The notes beneath the pieces were generated by a model. The model was not told the DNA's origin. It was given only the letters and a program-made list of their open reading frames with translations, and did not search any database. DNA of 64,000 nt from Octopus bimaculoides. Lineage: Eukaryota. Below are positions 38,101 through 50,669 of the stretch, piece by piece. The DNA lies in the NCBI RefSeq assembly GCF_001194135.2, contig NC_068988.1, positions 52,043,679 through 52,107,678 of the forward strand, given 5' to 3'. Position 1 is the stretch's first letter, and every line of letters starts with the position of its first letter. A program made the translations under genes and the position numbers.

Positions 38101-41100
38101 TTATATAATTCTTACAACGCCAACAACACACACACATACACACATATACATATATAGAGAGAAACAAATAGAAATTGACATTGACATGTACAACACATTA
38201 AACTGCATCTGCTGTTGAAGTTCCAACTTAGGAATTACTGAGTTTTTGGAAGTATAGAGTTTCTTTTTAATCACCACTACTTAGAGATGTGCTATGGCTT
38301 GTGGTGGTAGGATGGGCCAAATAACAAAAGATGGTTTTGAAGTTAAGATATTAGAGGACGGCACAGTCCAGAGGCACATGTCACATAAGCCCCATTGGTA
38401 TGTAAACATGTTATGATATCGCATGAACCAGTCCTCCTTGCTTTAGGGGTAAAATGACCCTGTTCTTCAGAGATAAGCTTGGGAGATTTGGAAACAGATA
38501 AGTAAACTGTGAATAAACCAGCAGAAAGCACTGCTGTATATTTCCTAAGAAAAGCACGAATCTTCAGACTTTGGCATGGAGACCCATGAGCAGAGATGCC
38601 TGCAGGCATGGCATGCACATATTCTTGAGTATAAGTCACACCAATAGATAGCTCACGCCCTCATTTTAAATACATTCTTGGATCAGTATTTGACTTACAT
38701 AAAAGTTGAAGGTTGTGTTCATCAATTTTGCTTATACATGCTTGGGATGAACTTTCCATCAAAATATTTGAAAAAACATATTTCATAGTCCACAACTATA
38801 ATGCTGACTGCTGATCATCTGCAGGGAAATGCACCATTTGTGCATCCATTCTTGAAATGGCTGTAAAAGACTATCTGCACACCTACCTTCCTAGCTCCTT
38901 TCTGCTCATCCTACTTTAGGTTTTACCAGCAATGACCAGCTTTACCTAATACAGGCTGGGGCAGAGGGGATGGACGTTTTTAAAATGGCTATTACTCAGT
39001 CCCAGTGGGAGGGACATGTCCGACAGGTACCATTTGGTCAGTGGTGTCTAGGCATTTTCTTTGCTTTTCGGGTGAAACCATGGTGCTGTGGACAATAGAG
39101 CATTGCATGTTTGCCTATGACAGTTACGTGAAGAATAACGAGTCTGTCACAGCAGTTCAGTGTGAGTTTCGGCACCACTTCAACATTCACCAAAGTCAGG
39201 CTGTTTCCATCCAGAACACAATCTTATGTTGAGTGAATGCACTTTGTACACAAGGTACACTAATGAATAGGAGACTGGTGGGGGCACCGTGAATGATATG
39301 GACCCCAGAAAATGTGGAATGCGTCAGACAAGTTTTGATATGGAGTCTGAATCATTCTTTTTGGAGGCATTCCACTGAACTTGGCATCGGTAATCGATTG
39401 GTAAGGCATATTTTGCATGAAGACCTGCATTTCCACCCATAGAAATTGGTCAATGGACAACAGTTGAAACCATGGGACTATGCACAGCAGCTTAACTTCG
39501 CATGTCAGATGGAAGCAATTTTTGAGGCAAATGACAACCACATTTTGTTAATGAGTGATGAAGTACTTCATTTATTGACCAAGAGAGAAGGAAAAGACAG
39601 GATTTGAAACCAAAGCACAGAAAGTCAAAATGGATATTGCAAAACATTCTACCCAATGTTCTATCAAACTGGCCCTAATCTCCTTAATCATCCTGGCTAC
39701 ACGACCATAAGTAGAACCACCACCTCTATATTCTAATAACCATATTCCTGATGTCAAGCATGTAATTATTTTTTCCCTAAAGTATGTCTGAAAATCTGCC
39801 ATGCATTCTTTAGAACAATGGTTTCATTTCTCACAAGCTAATTCTAACTCCATTTGATAAGCTAAGTTTAATTTTAACTCCATACAATAAAAGCAGACCA
39901 TAAGTAATCAACAGAATCTCAGCCACACACAAACACTTTGGTGAAGAATGTGAAAGAATGCTCTTCTTAAGAATGATTGATTAACCCTGTAGGCTGATAA
40001 GGGTGTACAGTTGCTGAAAACACAGTTAAGTTAAATTGCTGATGAAATGAAAATGATAAAAACTGCAACAACAAATGTACATACCTGAATCATTTTTCCT
40101 TCTTTGAGAACATCGAGATGGAGTCCTGATGGAGGCTTACCAGCCCTATAGTAATGCAGAGAATATTACAAAAATAATGACATTTCATAGTTGAAAACAA
40201 TGAATGGGTTAAACTACAAAAAATTACATACAACAGTAATTCAGTCAGTGTTAATATACTGTATTTAAGGTGCCAAGCTGGCAGAATCATTAGCATGCCA
40301 GGCAAAATGCTTAGTGGTGTTTTGTCTGTCGTTACATTCAGAGTTCAAATTCCACTGAGGTTGACTTTGCCTTTCATCCATTCAGGGTCAATAAATTAAA
40401 TACCAGTGAATCACTGAAGTCGATGTAATTGACTGGTCCCCTCCCCACCAAAATTTTAGGCCTTGTGCCTTTTGTAAAAAGGTTAATACACCGTATTTGA
40501 CAGCATATGAGATGTATTTTGTTTTCCAAGAATAAAAATTTCAAAAACAAAAAAAATCGCTCAGGGTCCTATGTGTGAAGTTGGGATTCCACCTCCAATA
40601 AGCTAATATCATATGCTTTAATGTATGTAATATCAACTTAGTGAAGGTGCATGGCTTAGTGGTTAGGGTATTCAGCTCATGACTGTAAGGTTGTGAGTTC
40701 GATGCCTGGCGGCACATTGTGTCCTTGAGTGAGACGCTTTATTTCACATTGCTCCAGTCCACTCTGCTGGTAAAAGTAAGTCGTACCAGTAATCCAACAA
40801 GTCAGCCTTGTCATATTGTGTGTCATGCTGAATTTCCCAGAAAACTAAGTTAAGGGTACACATGTCTGTGGAGTGCTCAGTCACTTATCAGATCATCTGG
40901 AACCCCCATCATCGCAACCAACAGAGTGCCAGTTTAAAAGTGCATTAAAAGATTTTGACCTGAACATGCAATGCTAAAACTTGAGTGCATCTAATATGCC
41001 TGTGCATCTTTTATGCTATCAAATACTGTAGTTAACCCATAAACTGCTGGGATTTTTCTGTATGTAACACGAACTGCTGAGCCTATCTTGGGTAAAGATC

Positions 41101-44100
41101 AACATCGATCTATCACTTGAAAAAAATACTCAGTGTTTCTTAACACCTTCTGTGATTGGCTACACTGTTTCTGGGGTGAAAGGGTATTGTGTGCATACAT
41201 TATACGTCATCAAAATTAGGTCAGATCATGCTCTACTTCCATGGCCACGAACGTGGCCTGTCGCACTGTCGCGTTGGCCACTGAGGTGGCCTATTGCAGT
41301 TTATGGGTTAATTAACATAAGTTGTATCAAAAAACATGACAGGAAATAATTACACAGTGAGGGAAACACATATTACAGATCGACTAATATTACTTTGAGT
41401 TCATCAGCAAATACAGGAAACAAATTTGAACATTTGTTTATTAGTCACATCTGCTTCTCCATGGTGGTATGAGTTTCAATGGTTTGCATGTTTTAAGTCA
41501 AGATTTTGCTGTCACCAATATTTTTCTCACCTGTTTTCAATTAAGGGATTTTGAATTACATGTGTCTTTGAAAGTGAGGAGTGACTGGTCATAATTTCAA
41601 CAATATTGGTTTCACATTTTGACACAAGGCCAGCAGTTTCATTGTGGGGTAGGTCTAAGTCAATTACATCAGCTCCCCAGCATTCAACTGGTACTTATTT
41701 TATCGACCCTGAAAGGATGAAAGGCAAAGTGGACCTTGACAGAATATGTGAAGTAATATTAACATCAGCACAACTTTATTTGTGGTGACACACTTACACA
41801 CACACACAAGCACTCAGTCCACTCTGTAAAGAGGGTCACATTAGGATAGGCATCTGGATGTAGAAACCAAGCCATAGCAGACAGTAGAGCTTGGCACAGT
41901 TCTCTGGTTTTCCAGAGAATTCCAGTTAAGCCATCCAACCCATGCCAGCATGAAAAGTGGATGGTAAATGTTACTCTTTTACTTGTTTCAGTCATTTGAC
42001 TGTGGCCATGCTGGAGCACCGCCTTTAGTTGAGCAAATCGACCCCAGGACTTATTCTTTGTAAGCCTAGTACTTCTTCTAATGGTCTCTTTTGCCGAACT
42101 GCTAAGTTACGGGGACGTAAACACACCAGCATTGGTTGTCAAGCGATGTTGGGGGGACAAACAGACACACAAAGATACACACACACACATATATATCAGT
42201 TTCTGGCTACCAAATCCATTCACAAGGCTTTGGTCGACCCGAGGCTATAGTAGCAGACACTTGCCCAAGGTGCCACGCAGTGGGACTGAACCCAGAACCA
42301 TGTGGTTGGTAAGCAAACTACTTACCACACAACCACTCCTACACCTATGTTGATGATAATGATAATTATTAATATATATACACACACATATACTGCAGAG
42401 GGTGGCAGCAAATATAAAGTTGGAGGGTACAAACACGCACATACAATCATCATCACCACCACCCTTATTTGATGGTCACTTTCACATGCTTGCATGGGTC
42501 AGATGGAGATTATTTGAGGCAGATTTTCTACAGCCAGATGTCCTTCCAGCCACCAACCCTCACCAGGTTCCAAACAAGGTAACATTTCCCCATGACCAGA
42601 CATGTTCTCAAAGAAAATTGGAAACAGATGACACTGCCTGTATTACAGTGAAACTCATTTCCAGCTATTACGTGACAAAGAAACACTCACATATACATAC
42701 ATAGACTGACACAGACACAAAACATACAGACACATACATACACATACGACAGGCCTCCGCACAGTTTCCACCTACCAAATCCACTCACAAGGCTTTGGTT
42801 GGCCTGGAGCTTTTGTAGAAGACATTTGCTCAAGGTGCTGTGCTGTGGGACTGAATTCAGAACCATGTGGTTGGGAAACAAACTTCTTACCACACAGCCA
42901 CGCCTGTGCTTCTTCTCTGATATACATTGGTGAGAAATTAAAAACTAGTGTCATTCCTCATCCACAAGAAACACGGGGATCCCTCTGGAAAGCTGTAACT
43001 AACAACACTATTGTTCACAAATCCCAATGTAAAATAAATAAATAAAACTTATTAAGTGATGATGATGATGATTATGACAATCATAAATGTCCTAAATGCC
43101 AATAACAGTAATATAAAATTGATAAAAGCTTTTATTAAATAATGATGGTGGTGGTAATAAATGATCTAAACACTAAAAAATGAAAAGTTATTTTACAAAA
43201 TTTCTCCGAATTCTAGATTTTTTCAAAGTAAATTAAAAATCCCTAAGGACTATGATTTATTGGAAATATCATCATGAAGGGATTGACAGAGAAATTGACA
43301 AAGAAACAAATTAGGGGTGCATGAAGGTTTTGTTTTTAAAAACTTTACTCTCATATATTCCATCTTGTAAAAATAAATTTATCTCAAATTTTTTTTGTAT
43401 TTCAAATGATTTCTTCTAAAACCTTATCTTTGCCATCAACATCTATAAATGTTTTACTACCTTCACAGATCTGTTCCCTTTGTATCATGTGCGATACACA
43501 GCACATATTCCCCTGTGTCCGTGCATCTGAGGCCAATGAAAGAAATTTGGGTAATCTAAGAATTAAGGAAGCTATACTCATACACAGACTAGGACCCCAA
43601 ATTAACAACAGGCTGGAGGTTGGTAATCAATATATTATTTAGCTACACCTGAATGTGTGTAGGTTAATTCTTAATAACATGCTCATGTATTGTTTATTAC
43701 AAAAAAAAAAAGAGGAAAAAAAAGAAGAAAAAAAGGGAAGCTGCACATATAACACATAATTTAGAAGCAGCGCTACAGATGTACCAACCAACACACACAA
43801 GATTGAGACATAGCCGACCTCACGCACTTCTCATGAGGAATTCCAGAAGGAGCTTCATGAGACCACTACTGAGACGCTTCCGAAAAAAGAAAAGCCGTTG
43901 GAAAACAGATTATAGCAGCGACTCCATCTAAGAATATCTGAAGAAGGAATTGCATTCCGAAATATCATGGGACTATAGATAACTAAATTACAACAGGTGT
44001 ATAGTCCATTTTTGTATTATAGTGCATTGTTGTACCATTCAAAACTTTTTATTCTTTACAAATTGTTTTCAACCACCAGAGTAATTTGGAACTTACAAAG

Positions 44101-47100
44101 TGAAAACTTTACATTACTTAGAACAAATGAAACAAGGGCTAGCTTAAAAGTCTGAGAACAAGCTTGGATATTTAGGACAAATTTATGAAAATGCTTTGGA
44201 CTGGCAAAGAATTAAGAATGTTAAGTTAATAACATAATGGGGTTTTAGTAATATAATGCGTGATAACCAAGTTCAGCAAATAAGATGATATACTGGTTCT
44301 TGATCAAACACTAAAGTGTTGGCATCACAGAACAAAGCAACAACATGAAGTTGGGTAAACTGTGTTCAAAGTTCTCACCATTCTATGTTACAATCTGTGG
44401 TGCTTAGATGTCAATAAAGCAATGCTCCTGAATATTTATACACAGTACTACATGTTGTCCACTAGTGTGTTACTTCACAGCTGTCATCCATGAGGGAAAA
44501 TCTAATGTTAGACTTTTCCCAAAATATACATGAAGTCCTTTCAACAAAAATGATGTGTTCATAGTATAATAATGCCATGTTAATTAATGGTAACACATCT
44601 GTTGAAGAAAGTTAATTAATGCTCTTTGGTTAGTACAGGTAATGATATAGCCTGTATTTATAATAACAGACTTGTAATGTCAGTCCCATGTATTAAACAC
44701 TGCACAGAGTATAGAATGCAATGTGCAAGCCACCTACCTCATTGTAATGTGACTATGAAGCTAATCAGTAGAGAAGTGGGAAAGACTCAATCAACATTTC
44801 CTTTTCAGATATCAGAGTCAGTTTATAAATAGAATAGTCCTTGGCAGTAGTTCTGAAATAGTGAACTACCAAAGATATCTACATCATCATCATTTAGTGT
44901 CTGCTTTCCATGCTGACATGGGTTAGACAATTTGACTGGAACTAGTAGGCTGGAGTGCTGCACCAAGTTCCAGTCTGGTTTGGCATACAAGTTTCTCCTA
45001 GACACTTGCAAAACTATTAAATCATCATCACATTAACAGAACCTTTGAATTGTGAATTAGCGGCAAGTTTATGTAACTTTTCTGAAACATACCAGCCAAT
45101 GAGGATTGCAATGGGTTGAATGAAGTTTATAGAAGCAGATTTTCCATGATCAGATGCCCTTTCTCTTAACCAATTTTCACCTGTTTCCAAATAAGTTAAT
45201 ATTTTCCCATGGCCAGACAGACATGTTTTTACAGAATATTAGAAATTAATGATAGTGAAATTAATTTACAGTTATCATACAATGTCAAAATGAGGAAGGA
45301 CACACACACATCTTTTCATTTATCTTTTACTTGTTTCAGTCATTAGACAGTGGCCAGGCTGCGGCACTGTCTTGAAGAATTTTAGTCAAACGAATCAACC
45401 CCAGTACTTATTTACCTTTTTTAAGCCTGGTATTTTTTCTATGGGTATCTTTTTGCCAAACTGCTAAGTTATGGGGATGTAAACACACCAACACTGATTA
45501 AGAAGTAGTGGACACAGTAGGCTTTTTCAGTTTCTGTCTATCAAATCCATTCACAAAGCTTTGGGTAGCCTGGGACTATAGTAAAAGACACATGCCCAAG
45601 GTGCCACACAGTGGGACTGAACATGAAACCATGTAGCTGGGAAGCAAACTTCTCAACCACACAGCCATGCCTACATCTATAAATATGATCATAAACTTCA
45701 CATCCAACTAATACAGTGAAACTCATGTATGAAGTACTTGTGCTAAGGAACATGACAAGTTGGTTACATAGTATGTACAGGAACTGGGAAGTGGGTGGAG
45801 GATATTGAAAGTGGCTTAGATTGTATTTTGTTCTCAACTGTCCATTATGTAAATTGAATAAAGGTTAGAAGTGGGATTTCCATCAAAGTAGGCAATTTTC
45901 AGGAAATCAATACTAATAGTCTAATGTTTGTTACTGATGAGGACATGAGATTTTGGTGTCCAACAAATGACTTCATATGGCTCCAAATTTGGTGGCTGCA
46001 ATGGTTTCCAAGCTGTATCCTCTCAAGCAAAAACTTGAGTATGGTCAACTCCACTGGTTCTGATAAAATAGTTTTTTGTTCACATGAACTGGTTGGAGAT
46101 AAGTTTGTCATGTATGATCTCAATTAGTTGATATACACATTCATATAGTTATTAGGTGTCTGGCTGAGCCATTATTATCTGTAGCTTTGGCAGAATTGTT
46201 AGCACACTGAACAAAATGTTTTGCAACATTTCTTTCAGCATTATGGTCTGAGTTCAATTTCTGCTGAGGTCAACTTGACCTTTTATCCTTTTGAGGTCAA
46301 TACACTAAGTACCAATTGAGCACTGGGGTTCATGCAATCAAATGCCCCCTCATCTGTAATCTCAAACCTTGTGCTTATAGTAGAATTTTGTATAGATACA
46401 GGGTGGGATAAAGAGATCAGGATCACTCCAACAATCAGAAGTGAGTTGAATTAAGAGGGCAGCTTTCGAGTGACACTGGAACATCCAAGGAGGTTCGTCA
46501 TAAGAACAAAAAATGTTGAGTTAAGCTACTTGTCTCTGTTATGTGAGATAAAAGGAAGAACACCAAATCAAAAGATGTAATATTCTGCTAAATTTTTCAA
46601 GTCTGTCTCTTTTGTAGCGTCTGCAATGCATATAGTCTCTGGCCATTGAGGTTAGTGATAAATACATGCTAACAAGTAGATGTAATTATTGAAGGAGGAA
46701 GAGGGACAACCAAATCAATGTGCATGTGATGGAAACTAGCACCTGATGCAGCAAATGGACCAAAAGGCTTTGACTTGACAGTTAACCTTGGCATGCTGAC
46801 ATCTCATGTAGTTCTAACCCACACCCACACAACTCAATTAATTCCTGGCTGCACATAATCAGTAATCAGTTTTGGGGTAGTATTATCATTAGGCCTCCAG
46901 TAATTGCTCATCCATCTATTTACAAATGTATGGAGCAAGGCTGCATCCCTGGTGAATAGGATTGGCCATGTAAAAAGCACTCGTGCTGGTGCCATGTAAA
47001 AGTGCTCGTGTGGTGGCACATTAAAAACACCCAGCACATACTGTAGAGTTGTTAGCATTAGGAAAGGCATCTAGCCGTAGAAACAAAGCCATATCAGACT

Positions 47101-50100
47101 GGAGGTGCAATTGCCCAACTTGCCATTTCTGGCCAAACCCATGCTAGTATGGAAAACAGATGTTAAAGGATGAAAATGATGATATTTGAATTCACTTTTT
47201 GTCCCACTTGTACTTTTTCCAATCAATTCTCTCTTTTCTTAACATTGGTTAAAAATGTTTTCTTTGCACAGTCCTATATTCTCACTATCTCATCTATAGG
47301 CTTTAACATCCTAAAATCTACTCTCCTTTAGCCAACCTCCTAAATTGTGCACCAGCATCAATATCTTAGTTTCATCATCATCATTTACTATCCATCTTCC
47401 TTACTAGCATGGGTTGGACAGTTTGACAGGGGCAAGCAAACCAGAGATCTGCACCAGGCTCCATTGTCTGCTTTGTCATGGTTTCTATGGTTGGATGTCC
47501 TTCCTAACATCAACCACCTTATAGAGTGTACTGGGTGCTTTTTTTATGTGGCATCAGCACCAGCAGAATTGCCAGACAAAAACCCCTTGGCTGGGAGAGG
47601 CTTTGTGTCAGTTAAGAGGTTAAAGTATAATAAAGGGATAGAGAGAGAGAGGAGATACTTGGCTATGCCAGTAGGAAAAGAAAGGAGAGGAAGAAGGAAG
47701 AGAGTTAGAGAGAAAGATAGAGAATAGGTGTTGGAGACACATCGGGACAAACCCACAATGTATGGTGGGGCGAATATAAGTGGCACTGAGAGGGATATGT
47801 TTTGTAAGAGAATGAGGGGAGATTTTAGAGATGGAGAAAGAGGTGCCATTACATATTACTGTTGATTGAGATAGGTCTCTATAAAAAGTGAAAGACTGGG
47901 GAGTTTGAAGATAGGAGTGTACTGTTTAACCCTTTAGCATTTAAACTGGCTATATACAGTCAAAATATTCTACCTGTTTTATGCTTAACCCAGACAGATC
48001 CAGCCTCTCACAAAAACTCTTCAATATCATCACAAAAATAAAGTCATATCATCGGAATCTCGAAGTTATGAGATAATGCATGCTTAATTCAAAATAATGT
48101 GAAGAAATAAGGAATACGTTTGACAGAGAAACCTGAATGCTAAAGGGTTGAGGGTAATGGAAGGGACAGAAATATTGATTTCAAATTTTGGCACAAGACC
48201 AGTAATTTTGAGGGATGGGGTAAGTTGATTAAATCAACCCCAGGGCTCAGCTGGCACTTATTTTATTGACGCTGAAAGGATGGACAAAGCTGACCTTGGC
48301 GGGATTTTAATTCAGACTAATGGGTGATTTTTACATGCCATTGGCACGGGTGCCAGTTACATCACACCAACATCAGTCCTCGGTCAATGCTGTTGTCATG
48401 AAACTGACACACATAAGAAGCACCCATTTTATTTTGGAGTGGTTGGCATTAGGAAGGGCATCCAGCCATAAAAGCCATGCCAAATCAGACTGGAACTTGG
48501 TGCAGCTCTCTGGCTTACCAGTTCCAGCCAAACCATCTAACCCATGCCAGCATGGAAAGCAGACACTAAATGATGATGATGATGTTGCTAAGCATTTTTT
48601 CCAGCCTGCTAACAATTCTGCCAGCTTGCTGCCTTAATTGTTTGGAAATATAATAACATTGGAAGAGAGCGAAGTACCAGAGTTGGTGAAGAACGAGGTG
48701 TTTGCCAGTGAAGGTTATGAGCTGTGTAGAACCTATGGAATTCTGAGCATTAAAGGAATGAGCAGAAGAGCCATCAAGAACAACATTGAGGCTGTTATGA
48801 GAGCATCTAGATGGCTCGTGCTGATCAGTGGAGTTAGTAGAATGCTGCTTGGACACAGGCCTTGACTTGATCAACCCCGATCAGGTTGCCTAGATGAAGG
48901 GGTAATGTAAGACTAAGAAGAAGAAAGAAAAAAAACATCCAATGACTCTCAGGATACAACACTGATGATGGGTCCATGTATAGCATCTGTAAATGTTAAG
49001 GGAACACACGTGAAAGTGAAACAGGTGAAGTGGGGGAAAGAATTTGAGAAAAATTTTATTGTGTTTGTGTATGCATTCAGAGCATCTTGTTGACAAACTG
49101 AAGATAAGAAGATTAAGATTCTGCAAAGTTTAGTAGAGACGCTCTTGGTAAGGGTCCTCTTTATAAGATATGGAAACTTTCAGACCTTGCAATGCGTGCA
49201 ACAAATTTTTTTTTTTGCATAACGTATGCGTTGCGTTGGTGGTTAAACATTTCTCAAGTGGTGATGGTGAGTGACTTCCTCCAGGAGTTGTAAGCGGTGG
49301 CAACTGTGAATGACCCACTTGATGGTTTTACGGCTGGACGTCCAGTAGGTAGAGTGATCAGACGATAAGATGGGGCAGAGATGGACATAGCTGCGTTGTA
49401 CAAGTGAGAAAAAGACCAAGAGTGTTTGGAGAGTTGCTGTGTTGGCCAGGGATACGGACGAAAAGTAAACGATATGACCTCAGTAAAAGTGGTGTCAGTG
49501 TTGGAGGAGAGGGTGCTAAAACAAGTTGTGCGCATTGAAATTATCGATGATGATGATGACTTCAGAGAGAAGGTAACTGAGATAGATGCCTGCCCTCAAA
49601 ACAGGAAATAGAATAACTGAATAACTGATAATGATTGGAGGATTTTGTGTACAGATTAAGTGTAAACAAACGTTATGAGGTAAAACATGCGGCACATATT
49701 TCACTGAAGTTAATTGATTCAAGAAAACAAGCGTGTGCATGTCATACATCTATTTGCTTCATCTATTTTCCTGACTATAGTATAACAATACAGAGAGCAT
49801 AACAACAGATCTGGTAGGGCGATCAATAGTACAAGATATCACCACGCACGGATATGCGCAAGCAAGCATACACACACACACACATATATATATATATAAT
49901 GTGCAAACATATGGGTGAGAGTGTAGGTGTCTATGTATATGTATATATACATACAAAAACACGTAAATATACGTATACAAGTTGTTGAATGACCGGTAGA
50001 TGCATTGAATTAGGGAAACATGTTCAGCAAGCATATAAATAAGTCTCTCCACGAGATTCCACAGTGAGAAGTGCTTTGCAACAACTCTAAGCTATCATTG

Positions 50101-50187
50101 TAATGACCAAGTAAAGCAAAAACAAAAAAGGCTATCTACTAACCAGGATGGTACTTCAAAGTTGTTCACCAAAGGTTCCTTCGCCAT
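28552..50187 (-). CDS. PPP1R8: Nuclear inhibitor of protein phosphatase 1 (NIPP1), 7 coding exons, 345 aa: join complement(50144..50187,40085..40145,37404..37557,37067..37287,35278..35422,32548..32612,28552..28899)
   Basis: Exon lengths 44+61+154+221+145+65+348 = 1038 nt form one open frame; all introns are GT..AG with matching phases. The protein has the NIPP1 FHA domain (FGRN...SRVHAAL...STHGTF), the ELDNLTEFNTAHN helix, the KRKRK basic stretch and the C-terminal KKKKYAKEAWPGKKP. Confidence 0.96.
29779..30335 (+). mobile_element. tRNA-headed SINE family B with internal (TA)n/(TG)n tract, in NIPP1 intron 6
   Basis: aggcacaagagtggctgtgtggtaag head; tail ggcggtgctccagcatggccgcagtcaaatgactgaaacaagtaaaagag. 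Confidence 0.85.
31809..32330 (+). mobile_element. SINE family B copy, NIPP1 intron 6
   Basis: Same head, internal microsatellite and tail as 29779-30335. Confidence 0.85.
32548..32612 (-). CDS. PPP1R8: NIPP1 coding exon 6 (EDIDPSIGKFRNLVQTTIIPSK)
   Basis: ttttgtag| acceptor, AAG|gttagt donor; aligns to human EDVDPSVGRFRNMVQTAVVPVK. Confidence 0.96.
35278..35422 (-). CDS. PPP1R8: NIPP1 coding exon 5 (NLTEFNTAHNRR...KRKRKSGHVLFRDEDEIINP), PP1-binding region
   Basis: ttcgtcag| acceptor, G|gtaagt donor. Confidence 0.96.
36053..36444 (-). mobile_element. SINE family B copy, NIPP1 intron 4
   Basis: Reverse complement of the family B consensus. Confidence 0.85.
37067..37287 (-). CDS. PPP1R8: NIPP1 coding exon 4 (THGTFIGHIRLE...GLLGLPESETELD)
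   Basis: ttcatag| acceptor, GAT|gtaagt donor; rest of FHA domain and linker. Confidence 0.97.
37404..37557 (-). CDS. PPP1R8: NIPP1 coding exon 3 (FHA domain: KLMIDEKKCYFFGRN...FIMDLGS)
   Basis: ttttcag| acceptor, A|gtaagt donor; FHA GR/SRxH motifs. Confidence 0.97.
39080..39560 (+). mobile_element. N-terminal fragment of a Tc1/mariner-type transposase (HTH region), decayed
   Basis: MVLWTIEHCMFAYDSYVKNNESVTAVQCEFRHHFNIH...NTILC, followed by TPENVECVR and DLHFHP in shifted frames. Confidence 0.6.
40085..40145 (-). CDS. PPP1R8: NIPP1 coding exon 2 (W-AGKPPSGLHLDVLKEGKMIQ)
   Basis: tatag| acceptor, CAG|gtatgt donor; aligns to human WAGKPPPGLHLDVVKGDKLIE. Confidence 0.95.
41972..42346 (-). mobile_element. 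SINE family B copy, NIPP1 intron 1
   Basis: Reverse complement of family B; a further older copy lies at ~45325-45677. Confidence 0.85.
43480..43630 (+). mobile_element. Possible Penelope-like GIY-YIG endonuclease C-terminal remnant
   Basis: EANERNLGNLRIKEAILIHRLGPQIN resembles the K-I-K-E-A-x-x-I...P-x-L-N ending of PLE endonucleases; short and unverified. Confidence 0.35.
48620..48905 (+). mobile_element. Hero-like RLE non-LTR retrotransposon C-terminal fragment
   Basis: KRAKYQ...LCRTYGILSIKGMSRRAIKNNIEAVMRASRWL across frames; homologous to 61470-61775. Confidence 0.55.
50144..50187 (-). CDS. PPP1R8: NIPP1 coding exon 1 (MAKEPLVNNFEVPS-W)
   Basis: ATG at 50187 in context caaaATGG; ends TG|gttagt (phase 2); matches the NIPP1 N-terminal F-x-x-P-x-W motif. 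Confidence 0.88.
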
Positions 50188-50669
50188 TTTGAATACTATA
50201 AAAGAATTATAGGCCACTCCAAGGGAGATAACTATTTTTCAAGGGAAGTAACTTTCCAGCAAAGACAAAAATAAACGAGAGAAGTATCATAAATTTTGAC
50301 TTCAAACAAGACCTCAAACTTTGAGAACTGATTAAATTTATACTTATTTCAAAGAGGATTAAATTGCTTGAAATTATTAATATGCACACACATGCTGTCC
50401 TGTCTTTAGTTTACAAGCAAGAGCTGGCACAAAAAAATAGTATTATTTTAAAATGTTTAACTTTTAAAACTACCATGTCAAAAATAGTTATATGTTCTGC
50501 ACAATGATGAAGCTCCCATTCAGAAATAACGGACAAATCTTCCTCAAATTATACCCTGCCATTTTATAAAAGAAAGCAAGTTGATATGTGTGTGTGTGTG
50601 TGTATATATATATATAAATTTAAAAGAAGAAAAGAAAATGGAGTTAAGGAAGTTAATAATTTTCTTATC

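Noticed and set aside
43402-43608. ORF ending FIDVDGKDKVLEEII, superficially like NIPP1 LDVVKGDKLIEKLII
   Set aside because: The true exon 2 is at 40085-40145 with correct splice sites and a better match; this ORF has no usable splice phase.
48885-48915. Possible third copy of the 4168/52495 hammerhead family
   Set aside because: It lacks GAAA and stem II, and is better explained as the Hero-like 3' UTR also seen near 61680.
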